Shown in pieces: positions 45,662 through 56,816 of a stretch of DNA of 64,000 bases. The notes under the pieces are model-generated. The model saw only the letters and a list, made by a program, of their open reading frames with translations, was not told the origin of the DNA and ran no database searches. The stretch's first letter is position 1. Each line of letters opens with the position of its first letter. The DNA is from Guillardia theta CCMP2712 (Eukaryota; Protista; Cryptophyta): the NCBI RefSeq assembly GCF_000315625.1, contig NW_005434650.1, positions 697,303 through 761,302 on the forward strand. Direction: 5' to 3'. Both the position numbers and the translations under genes were made by a program.

Positions 45662-48600
45662 TGGCCATGGCGCAGGGAGTGCTGATGGCGCTCCTGATGG
45701 CGAGCTTGGTGGGAGCTTCATGGGCGTCGAAGGAGGCAGAAGGGACGAGTACGTCTCGTGAGAGCTTCGTTCATGCCAGTGAGTCCTCAGCAGTCTGACG
45801 GGAGGACAGGACAATGGGACTGGCTCGGTCCTTTCCCCATGGGCGAGCACGAGCAGGCGGTGGATGTCTTCTGCCCAGCACTGTGGGGTGATGGCGCAAG
45901 TGACAGGTAGGAGATGACTTCCTCCTCTTGCTCGCCAGTGATGATGATCAGGCTCCCATCGCGCAACAAGAGCAAGTACATCAGCGAGTATGTTCCTGGA
46001 GGGTATGTGTCGTGGCAGCAGGTAGGCGAGGCGTAAGCATGGTCTGAGTCTGAATAATGATATCACCATGCAGCATATGGCAGACTCTAGTGGCGTCTTG
46101 AACATCCAGTATCAGGGTAAGCTTCTCTCCTTGTGCTACCGCCCGCTTGCACCCTCATACATGGCAGGGCTAGGAAGAAATCCCTTCTTCGGCTGGGCCA
46201 TCGGCGAGATGAATGTGCAGCACGATACATGCTTGATACTGCAGGTGGTTGGGACAGTGTGGAGTGCTTATGTCGATGGAGCATCGCTGGTAAAGTTTGC
46301 GCGCGTTCATGTTCATTGCCTGATGTCGAGCTTGTGCTGGGCAGAGTGCTGCAGGGAAGGATGTAGGGTTGCGAAAGATCTCCGATCTACCTCATGGAGC
46401 TCTTGTGTGTTGTGGTCTGATCAATACATCTCTCTCACTCTCATCGCAGCTCTACTTGTCCAAAGGATCGCACAAGTTGTTCGTGAAAGTGAAGTCCACA
46501 ACAGCCTCTGCTTCGTTCCAGTTCCGATCCTCTCCCTGTGGTGAGCCTCATGGGAAGCTTGAAGTGATCAAACTTCTGCCTGGAGACTGGCGGGTGAAGA
46601 GAGGAGGAGGAGGAGGAGGAGGAGGAGGAGGAGGAGGAGGAGGAGGAGGAGGAGGAGCGAGGAGGAGGAGGAGGAGGAGGAGGAGCGAGGAGGAGCGAGG
46701 AGCGAGGAAGAGTAGCGAAGGAGGAGGAGCAAGGAGCAAGGAGGATGAGTAGAGCGATGAGAGAAAGCAGGTCATGATCATTTCTGTCAGGTTGGCCATG
46801 GGAAATGGTCTCAAGGGCCCCCAGCTTACGACCTTCCTGGTGCGAGACTAATCGTCCTCGTCTTCGGTCCTCCTTGTCTCATGGAGCCTACATGCTTCCT
46901 CTGCTGTTCTTGCCCTCGTAGTCTCTGCTGCCTTGCTGTTCCATCTCCGTCCAGCCCTTGACCTGGTTGCTACCTGTTCGCAGATGTGGTGGGCAACGCT
47001 CTGTTCACCGATATGGTTCACGTGCGTGTTGCCAACGTGGGTCAAGGATGGTTGAGGGATGTAAGGATGCGCGTGCTTGCTACAGGTAGGAGATTCCTGG
47101 TAGGAGGGAGGAGAATGTTTGATAGCCTGCAGATTTGATCGCTGCCTCTCAATCGGAGCAGACAGTCTCCCTTGCTCCCAATCAGCGATCCGTCTTGTTT
47201 GCTCCCTTGGCCCTGCATCCCACCAACGTCTCCTCCGTCCCACAGGCAGCTTGTCCTCTCCAGGTTAATCTCCGCATCGAGCACTCGGGGGGGCGGGAGG
47301 GATGGACGGATACCTCCTTGCGCCTACGATGTCGGGCTCGCGATGAGAGTTTTATCTTCACCTTCATCGACTTTGATGGTTCACCCCAGCAAGCGGCAGC
47401 AAGTACACTCGTCTGCTCTCATCCTCTCCTACCTAACTTTCTCCTAGCCCTCCTCTCTGACCGATCCTCTCTACCCACGTATCCTTGCTGACCTAACTTT
47501 CTCTTGCCACCCTTTCTACCTTCCTATCCTTCGCTGTCTATCCTGATTCCCTTTCATCATTAATTTGATTCTTTCGAAGGGTTTCCGAAATCTCCATGTG
47601 TCGCCTCCACAAAGAAGGATGACACGGAAGTAAGCGAGGATGACGGCTGCCCTGTCCTCCTCTCCATGCACGGCATGGACGTCACAGCTCAGCGGCAAGC
47701 AGACGCGTACAGGTGAGCTGACTGCGAGAGGAGGCAAGGGAGATGAAGGCGAGCAAGGTCGAAGGAGTCCTTGTGGGTGCTGGCTCCTCATGGGAGGAGC
47801 ACCCACTCGTTCTTCTGGCAAGGACCAGGTCCAAACTCTCTCCCCTTCCTCCTGCGTCCTTGATCCCCTGCGCCATAATGCTACTTCCTTACTCTCACAT
47901 CTCTTCCTCCTCTCCCGTTCTTCACCCTCATTTGTTTTCTCTCCGTCAACGGAATGGGAGCAGGACACTGGAACGCGGAAGGAGCTTTACGAGCCCTCGT
48001 GATCTACAGCTCAATGTCGAACAAAACTTTCAAAGCATCGTCCTCCCGTGTGGTAATGGGGCTGCCGTCCTCTATGCTCTTTCCCCCTCCTGAAAACTTG
48101 TCTCCTCTTCCTCCTTCCTATTCTTCCTCTTCTCTTCTGATCGAGCGTCTCAGATCTTCACGGGTCACTCCAACGGGGGTTATGGAGCTCTCATGCTTGC
48201 GGCTCAAAACCCCTCGAGGGCCATCGGCCTGGTACGCGTCCTCCTTCCCTTCCTTTCCCATCCCCTTCTCCACTTCCTCATTGCCTTCTTTCCTTCCTCC
48301 TCCTCCTCCTCCTCCTCCTCCTCCTCTTGTTCTTCTTCTTCTTCCTCCTCCTCCTCCTCCTCCTCGTCATCCTCCTCCTCCTCCTCCTCTTGTTCTTCTT
48401 CTTCTTCCTCCTCCTCCTCCTCCTCGTCATCCTCCTCCTCCTCCTCCTCTTGTTCTTCTTCTTCCTCCTCCTCCTCCTCCTCCTCGTCATCCTCCTCCTC
48501 GTCATCCTCCTCCTCGTCATCCTCCTCCTCCCTCCTCTCATTCGTACAACCCTGAAGGCGCCATTGGCGGGAATGCCTTCCCTCGGCTCCAGCGGGAGAG

Positions 48601-51001
48601 AGGGGACCTTCGCTTCCTTCCCCATCGCAGACCCGAACTTAGATCGCATCCTCTCCCTCTCGTCAGCTCAGTATCAGGTCGAGCTTCTTGCCGGTTCGCC
48701 TCCTCTCGGAGGGGACTAGAGGATGAACTCGCAGCAGGGAACGTTGCTGGGATCCCCTTCTTGGCACGAGCAGGAGGGAGCGATGAGGTTATCTCCCCCC
48801 ATCTCACACGCCGAGTAGCTCGAATCGTCTGTGGATACAGAGCCAAGTACAAGAGGAGGAGGAGAGGGAGAAGAGGAAGGAGGAGGAGGAGGGAGCGAGA
48901 GAGGGGAAGAATCTGACAGAGTTGTCAGAAAGTCAAAGTCGAAAGAGTCTTTTTGCAAGCTTCGTGAACTACCTGGCAAGCCTCACTGGTGGTGGGACAC
49001 AAAGTCTGAGGTGAGGGGAGCAGGAGGAGAAGGGAAGGAAGAGGAGAGGAGAGAATGGAAGAGAAAAGAAGGGGAGGGGCTATGAGATTATTGTGGCCGG
49101 GGTGTGGGAGAGAAGCTGGAATGAGAAGGGAGTGATAGAGAGCATAGGAACTGATGTTCTTGCAGATGGATGGAGGAGTCCTCGACGACTCTGAGATGTG
49201 ATGGGAAGAGAATGACATGCTCTGTCAAGCTCACTGATTGCAGGAGGGACTTCTGGAGCTTATGTGTAAGAAAGGTCAGTCACCCTTGATGTGTGAAAAC
49301 TTTTGACGTTTCCGAGACAGGGAAAAGACAACCAGACAACGGAAGGACAAAGTGTACTCAAGTGCTTCTCATGACGTCTTTCTTTCCTGACAGACGGAGA
49401 GAATGACTTGCTACGACCTGTCAACCTGCCGCTCAATCTCTGGAGTTTTCCCCCTGCAAGCTCTGACGATCGGTGATGACTTGGCACTCTGCTGAGCTCT
49501 GGATGGTGAGGAAAACTCCCAGGTCAAGCAATCTCCATCACCGTCACTAAGACAGCAGAGACGATTGACATCACCACCAACAACCTTCGCCGGTTGAAAG
49601 GTTCTTCCCTTGCATGCTGCAGGTTCTTTCCTCAAGTCGTTTCAAGTTGATCCCATCGGCTCACGGACGAGGATCAACATTGATGGTACAGTTTTCAGCA
49701 CACAAGGTGGCGAGCGAGAGGAAAGGAATGCCTCGTCTAACTCTTGCTGTAGCTGCTGCCCTCTCCTACTGCAGAGATTCCTCAGCTGATCGCTCCAACC
49801 CTTCGCGATGGTTTGCATGCTATTCAGGTAATTCAACTTGCTTCCTTCTTACCTGTCTCGGAACTCGCAACCCCCAACACCTCCTGCCTTGTCGGCGTTC
49901 GCTCAACATGTTTAGCAGCTCAAGAGCAAGGCGATAGTTGCTCATGCTGCTCAGAGCGAGGGCAGAGGCCTCGAGAGAGCCTCGGGCCGATGAGGAACAT
50001 CTTCAAGCGTCCTCTCGCTTGCATCTTCTCTGGTGGCGCGTCAGCAAGTGAGAGGGACGTGCAGGTCAACCGGAGGAGACAAAATTTGTTCTCCTCTGAT
50101 GCAGGGATGCAGTTCGAGGTTTGCCAGATGCTCTCACAGAACTGGTTTGAGTCGGGAGCTGGGATGTGAGGATCGAATCGTTTCTAGCGCGTCTCACCCT
50201 GTCTTGGGTGCTTCCACCAGCATGCAGATGATGAGCGACATCGAATTTCAACAGCTTCGGACTCATCCTTCGGCAAAGGACTTCAACCTCATCGTCCTCG
50301 GCAGCCCAGGTCAGTCCCTTCCCTCCCTCCTGTCACGTGCAGTGAGCAGGAGTGCACCAGGTCAGAACCTGTTGAGCAGGGAACTTGAAGCGCTTGTGCC
50401 GGTGAACATCTCCAAGTCTTCCGGCTCTTTGGCCTTCCAGGTGCTGCGTCCGCGCTCAACCGTCTGCTCTCTCACCTCCCCTCAGCTGGGCTCCTGCAAC
50501 TTCTCAGGAGGAGGCCATGGCTTGACGACGCTCGGACCATGGGGTTCAGCATGCAGTCAGCCTCCTTGTCGCTGAAACAACTGGAGCAGGCGAAGGCTTG
50601 TTCGTGCTCGTGATGGGACAAGATCTCCCTTCCTTCCACAGAGCCGCCCAGTGAATTTCTCTCCTCTCCTCTTCCTCCTCCTCTCCTCCTCTCCGCTTCT
50701 CCGCTCAGTCAAGCTTCTTGCAGTGTTCTCACCGATAGCCTCTTCGAGACCAACCACTGGAACGCCCACAGGTCACCCGACCCTCTCTGACGGTTCAGTG
50801 CAGGCAGCACCGTCATGGCGATTATGCCATCGTGGGGCCACGATTCGGGAGGTGAGAGAGGAGGGGAGGAGGAGAGGCTCTGAACTTGTTTGCAGCCATG
50901 GCGTGCAAGGGATCGTTGCGGCGGGGTTCTACGGGAATCAGTATCGGCAAGTGAGCAAGTGCTGTTGGTTGATATGGATGCAGGTGGGAGTTTCTGCCTG
51001 A
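45662..51001 (+). CDS. Large secreted alpha/beta-hydrolase (S9 peptidase/esterase-like) with N- and C-terminal accessory domains (>20 exons)
   Basis: Signal peptide MAMAQGVLMALLMASLVGASWA. FTFIDFDGSPQQAAA, PVLLSMHGMDV, WVLAPHGR, nucleophile elbow IFTGHSNGGYGA, acid GGSDEVI, His GKPHWWWDT. C-terminal GPMRNIF, NLIVLGSP, GIVAAGFYGN. Confidence 0.75.
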
Positions 51002-51133
51002 GGCCTCGTACTTGAGTTGTTGAGACGTGTGATGGAAGCCGAAGCTCGATATGTTGTAATATGCAAACCAAAACTCTTCCACTGCCTGACCCTCCGAGAC
51101 CTCCACACGTGGAAACGACCACTACAAATCTTC

Positions 51134-52288
51134 TTAGGCGTCGATGCCCGGGCGTCCTGGACTTCCAGAGTCTCCCTGGAGCAGACGAGTCAGTCAACCG
51201 GCAAGCAGTCGCCTGTCTCAGTACCTGAGCTCCCTGCCGGCCGGGCTTTCCCTGGTCTCCCTGCCAGGTGGTCACTGACATGTAACCCCCCTCCCCCCCT
51301 CTTGCTCCTACCGGTGGTCCTGCGACTCCCGCGTCTCCCTGCGGACCAGGCTTGCCCTGCAGCCCTTGGGGCCCTTGTGGGCCTTTGGGTCCTGTAGCGC
51401 CTGCAAAGCCTGGGGGACCGTTGGCTCCGTTGGCTCCGTTCGTTCCGGGGGCACCAGGGGCACCAGGGGGTCCGCGACCACTGAGACAAACATGAGGAGC
51501 AGAAGGGGAGTAAGACAGCTGCTTACCCCGGCAGCCCCTTGTCTCCTGCAGGTCCCTGAGGTCCAGGGGGTCCTGGGGGTCCCTCCTGCGGAGAAAGTCA
51601 AGAAACCGGGAGAAAGGTTGACTCAGCGTCGAAGCATCTCTGTACCAATCCTGCGATTCCAACTTCTCCTTCAGGTCCCTTCGCTCCCTTCCTTCCTCGC
51701 GGTCCTTGAGGCCCGATGTCTCCCGGCAATCCTCTTGGTCCAGGTTCGCCTGCACATTGACAGTAAAACCATTGAAGTTTGCATTCTTGAAATGGATTCT
51801 TCACCTGGAAGGCCAACGGGACCCGTGGGTCCTTGGAAGCCGATTTCTCCCTGAGGACCAGGAGGACCTTGGTCTCCTCTAGGGCTCAAGGAGATCTTGA
51901 TCTTTCTATGCTCATGAGTAGCAAGGTCAGCCTCCTCGTTCTCCAGGTCACGTTGAAGCGTCTTGACTTTCTTGGACATGTTCTCAACTACGCATACGAG
52001 CGTCAGCATGTCTTTCACAGCGACTCTTGCATTGTCTGACCTATTGTCTCAAGATTCTCTCCGCTCAGAAGCGAGACGCGTCTCCGTCTTCCCAGCCCCG
52101 CAGCGATCTGGTACAATCATGTCAAGTGAAAGAGGACAACGGACCTTTTCCTGTACCTCAGAATCTCCGGATGCAAGCAGAGTAAGACAGAGCACGCAAG
52201 CAAGAGCGAGGAAGATGGCAGCAGCTGCCATCAAGGCGGCTCTCCTTCCCTCCTCCTTCCGCCGCTCACTGATCACCAGCGGCGCCAT
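51134..52288 (-). CDS. Type II membrane-anchored collagen-like protein (TM - coiled coil - ~50 Gly-X-Y)
   Basis: MAPLVISERRKEEGRR-AALMAAAAIFLALACVLCLTLLA (TM), then IVENMSKKVKTLQRDLENEE (coiled coil), then GDQGPPGPQGEIGFQ.. Gly-X-Y exons ending GDSGSPGRPGIDA*. Confidence 0.85.
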
Positions 52289-52637
52289 GGGACGTCTCTT
52301 CACGTTTGATATCCGTTGCAATGTAACGAATATCCTACAACCATTTCCTAGGAGTTTGCTACCACCTGATTGATAGGAAAAGCCTAGGTTGTTGGTCTAG
52401 GTGTTGCTAGGACACTTGCTAGGGACATAAGTTTGTTACAATAAAAGAGTCATGGCGGCGGCATTGGAATGGTGGAAGAATGGCGACGGGAAGTAGAACG
52501 ACGACGATGAGGAGGAGAAGGAGGGAGAGAAAATGGAGTCAAGGGTAGAGGAGAGGAGCCACTGATGAGAAGGATGTGTTTGAGCGGATGAAGAACTTCG
52601 ATAGCAATCGAATCATCGACCAAAATTTGAAAATTCA

Positions 52638-54911
52638 ATGAAGGTTTCCTGCACGCCCATCCCGGTGCTTGAAAGGAGCGCCGCCCACAAGCCATGCGCA
52701 CGATCCTCTCATGCAGCCTGCGCAGTGGATGACCGTTGGGTGATTGTACATGGAGGATGGACCGGCTTGAAACCGCTGAGCTGCTGCTGGGCTTTGAACA
52801 TGGAGACTTTCTCTTGGAACCAGATTAAAGCTGCCGGTGAGCAGCCCTCTGCACGACAAGGACACTCGATCAGCTTCTTTCCCAAGACAAGGAAGCTACT
52901 CCTCTTTGGAGGGCTGGATGCGAGTGGAGCAGTTGTCAAGGACAAGGCATACTTCCTTACTGTCCCTAACGACATCACCGATCGATGGCACTGGCAGGTG
53001 GGTGAAGTTGAAACCTCTCACGAGTTCGTGCTGAATTGTTCTCCTTCAGCCTGTTCGCTTTGCTGGTCTATCCCGCACAATAGGAGGGATCATGGTTGAT
53101 AGAGCCTTTCACTCCACTTCAGACATCGGCAATGAGAAGGTGGTGGTCTTCGGGGGGATCTGCGACGAGATCACTAGCAAGCATCATTCCTCGATGCTGT
53201 TTCAGTGCGACACAACATCCTTCAGCTGCCATGAGCCGAAGGTCTACGGAGAGGTAACTAACTTCGCCTCTCAATCTTCCTTCATGGGTTTGTTCTTCAC
53301 ACAGCTGTTCTAGGGTCCCTGCTCCAGATATGCCCACTCGAGCTGTAGCCTAGAAAGTGGAGCCAACGGGAGAGAAGTGATTATCATCGGCGGGATGAAG
53401 TCTGATACTCGGTCTGATCTCCTCTCATCATATTTCTCGACTTATCTTTGATCCCCAGGGAGATTTTATCCGATGGCTATGTCTTGGAAGTTCACCCGAC
53501 AGCAGTGCGATGGAGCAAGATTTCCTTTCATGGTGACCTTCTTGCCAATTTCTCGGTTGCCTTCCATAGCATAAGTCCAGTGACGGCTGGTCTAATGGTA
53601 GTGCCTTGCATGGAGAATCTGATGAGTGACTTGCTGGAAGGCTCAAGGCAACATCTTGTTGTTTGGCGGAAAATCAGAAAAGAACAAGAAATGTTCTTCG
53701 TTGTTGAGTCTCTTCCCATCTACTCACAATTACTCTGCTGTGTCGAGCCCGACTCTTCTTGCGAGAGTTCGAACAGCAAAGGATGTCAACGGCAACAAGT
53801 TCAGCACCAGACAGGTGAGAAATTGTAGACATTCTGATTCCGCCGGTAACTGCTGATATCGTTCAGGACTTCCTCAGGCAGCGGCAGGACAGAGAAAAGA
53901 TGGCGAAAGGTTAGAAGGATTCTCTTTCTTGCGGCTTTCTTGCCTTGTTCGCTGCTGAATTTGTTGTCCACTTTCTTTTCAGCTATCTCTAGTCTGCCCT
54001 CCTATTCAGAAAGGAACTGGATTTCGAAATCTCCAGCTCAGTGGCAAGATTTCTCCCCTGTTTACTTGAATACCAGCAGTCTGACTCTTTTAAAGGAACT
54101 TGGGAGAAGTTACAAGTGAAGGATACTTACCGAGAAATCGCGCGGGACACTCGGCTGTCATGCTCGCACGGAGATATCTTGTCGTGTGCTTCGGGGTGGA
54201 TGCCAAGAATCGAGCCAGCAGCGACGCCTTCCTGATCGACTGCAAAGCTGACGAGAAGATCGAATCGAAAGTTCGGGAGGCACAAGTCTACCTTCCTCCT
54301 CCTCTCGGCGTCCCCGCGGTAAGACCCGAGGTTGAAGCTTCAGACGTCAAGGTCGCAGAGCCTTCGAGTCCGCCCGAGGCTGCGGGGTTGGAGGAGGCAG
54401 ACTCAAGTAAGACATGAAGTGCGTCAGACTGATGGCTGACTCGTGCCCGCACAGCTCGAGACCGCCCGATGCTCGTCGAAGACATCTCAGACTCCGTGGT
54501 GCTGAAAACGTCAGGGACCTCCCAGGCTGAACATTTCAAGAGCGTCCTGAGGACTATCTGTTCAGAGATGCAGAAGGGAGGGAACTTCTTCGACCTCGTC
54601 AACATGATGGGGGAAGCTGGAATACTGACGGCCTCGCAAGGAAGAAAACTTCTCTTCCTTGCCAATCAGTGCGATGCCAGGGTGCTTCAAGCCTTCACTG
54701 CACTGGAGAACACGTCAGGAGAGGAGCGGACGGTCGACATGATCAAGGCAGGCTGACCCTCCCTCAGCTCCCTCTCCTTCCTCTTCACCCTCCCACATCC
54801 TGCTGATCTCACTGACCTCCCGTGCAGGAGCAAATCACGGAGATCTGTTGTATTGCTAAGGAGCTCAACGACAGATCGAATCGTCTGCTCAACGATGAGG
54901 AGAATTTTTGA
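52638..54911 (+). CDS. Kelch-repeat beta-propeller protein with small C-terminal helical domain
   Basis: PCARSSHAAC..IVHGGW, PSARQGHSI..LLLFGGL, RAFHST..VVFGGI, PRYAHSSC..IIIGG, NILLFGG, PRNRAGHSAV..CFG. Last exon EQITEICCIAKELNDRSNRLLNDEENF*. Confidence 0.85.
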
Positions 54912-54915
54912 CGTC

Positions 54916-54981
54916 TGAACATTTAAGTGAACCAAAATGAACATTTAAGTGAACCAAAATGAACATTTAAGTGAACCAAAA
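54916..54981. repeat. 3 x 22 bp tandem repeat (TGAACATTTAAGTGAACCAAAA) between convergent gene ends
   Basis: Three exact head-to-tail copies with no spacers. Confidence 0.95.
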
Positions 54982-56235
54982 GTTCAATGGAACGACATTA
55001 TTCCTGCCTCCTCTCTTCTCTACAAGATCTGTTCGTTCTTTCGGGTTGCGTTTCGACTCCTGTTGACCTTGGGAAAGATCTCTGAGAGCTGGGGGTACCT
55101 GTAAGGACGGTCAACTACTTGAGAGAGAAGGAAAGAGCATGCAAGACAGAAGCTCTCACATCTCAACGTACGAAGTCCACAAGTACTCCGTGAGCTCCGG
55201 ACTGTGACATTTCACCCTGCCTGCTCTGTCCAGCACAAAGATTTTCTCCTTGCAGATCCCTGCGTTCTCATACGCCACCGCATCCTCTACCTTCTCACAG
55301 AATCCCCCGACAAACGTGCTAGTCGCCTCCTCTCCCTCCGAAGAGCCCTGGAAGACTTGTGCAAGCTCAGCGAGCGACATGGTCTTGAACGAGCTCTGAT
55401 GATTCCCTCCAGCGTCCTTCCCCAAGGACATGAAAGGGGCAAACGTCCTGTCCGAGAGCTTCTGAAGGAGCACCGTTCCCATCCTCTCCTGGGTCGTTAT
55501 GATGGGAGACGCTGGCAAGTGAGCCCCCCTCCCCCACTGCTCCACCTCCGCCTCCCTGATCCAGTTGATGGTCTCTCGGACCCGATCAGCGCGGGTGATG
55601 GGAGCCGCTGTGAGGAAGAGGACGCGGTATCCCGCGCGGTCGAGGTAGGAGAGGAGTGGACCCACACCGTCTCGCACCGTCTCAAGGCCTCCTGCTCCTC
55701 TCGTATGCTTGTTGGTCGTTAGCAAGACCAAGTCAGCGCTCTTGGTCCATATGTCCCCCTTGATCACCGTTCCCTCCACATCCGCTATGACGATCTTGTC
55801 CTCACGGTCCCAGAGGAAGATCCCGAGGGGGACGCTGGCGACCTCTTTCCAGTCTCCCGTGCCCTTATCCCTCTGGAGCACCACCAGCTCCGATAGGTTG
55901 CATCCCTGCTTCAGTGGTAGTGCTTGCAGCTGGTCAGCTGGCGGGTGGAAAACTTCTGCATGATCTTCGAAGTAGCACTTGCAGTCGTCTCCAACCTTCA
56001 TGATCACATCTGTGAAGATGTTTCCAACCTTGAGCTGAACTTTCGTTTCGATGCCACTTCCCACTAGCCCGTTAGCTACTTTGCAGTGCCATGACGTAGA
56101 GACGAGCTTGTCTTGATGCCGTACAATAATCACATCACAGGCTCCGCTGTGAAAACGAAACGCATTCACTCCCAACTGCATCACCTTCTCTGCTCCTGAC
56201 GATAGATTTCGCGTCCATGCCACCAGACCGTCCAT
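54967..56235 (-). CDS. Compact lipin/Pah (LNS2 HAD) family protein with altered catalytic motifs
   Basis: N-Lip SGACDVIIVRHQ; LPLKQGCN; IFLWDREDKIVIADVEGTVIKGD; GYRVLFLTA; FK; GGFCEKVEDAVAYENAGICKEKIFVL; SYVEM|YPQLSEIFP. Confidence 0.85.
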
Positions 56236-56319
56236 GACTCTTATCCTCTTCGCCAACACCCTTGATTCTCTGGCGGGTCCCTCGTGTCTCGATGTTGAAA
56301 CGGCTGCTTCACACCTAGT

Positions 56320-56552
56320 CCCTCCCTCTCCTCCTCTCCTCCTCTCCTCCTCTCTCCTCTCCTCCTCTCTCCTCTCCTCCTCTCTCCTCTCCTCCTCTCT
56401 CCTATACTTCTCTCTCCTCTCCTCTCCTTCTCTTCTCTTCTCTTCTCTTCTCTTCTCTTCTCTTCTCTTCTCTTCTCTTCTCTTCTCTTCTCTTCTCTTC
56501 TCTTCTCTTCTCTTCTCTTCTCTTCTCTTCTCTTCTCTTCTCTTCTCTTCTC
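56320..56552. repeat. (CTCTC/CTCTT)n microsatellite
   Basis: Directly visible. Confidence 0.95.
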
Positions 56553-56629
56553 CCCTTGCTTGCCTTCACATTCAATTTCGCTACAGTCGCTTGACCGATA
56601 AGTCGCGAAAGCCGGCAGACACATCTCAG

Positions 56630-56720
56630 TGAGTCTTCCCCGGCAGCTTTCCCCGGGCCGGGCGGCCGGGCGGCCGGGCGGCCGGGCCCGGGCAATCACG
56701 GGCCAAGAGTACTTGCACCG
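56630..56720. repeat. GC-rich (GGCCGGGC)n element upstream of the lipin-like gene
   Basis: ccccgggccgggcggccgggcggccgggcggccgggcccggg. Confidence 0.7.
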
Positions 56721-56816
56721 TCAGGCTGCCGCATCGAAGCGAAGTCAATTGCAGTGACTTTCTGAGATTGCAAGGAGAATTTCTTTATTGAAAGACTGAT
56801 ATCATCTCACGACAGT

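Noticed and set aside
47954-48916. 320-aa proline-rich extensin/formin-like ORF
   Set aside because: The Pro runs are an intronic (CCT)n repeat inside the alpha/beta-hydrolase gene.
54916-54981. 22-bp direct repeats as a CRISPR array
   Set aside because: Head-to-tail copies with no spacers, no cas genes, eukaryotic context.
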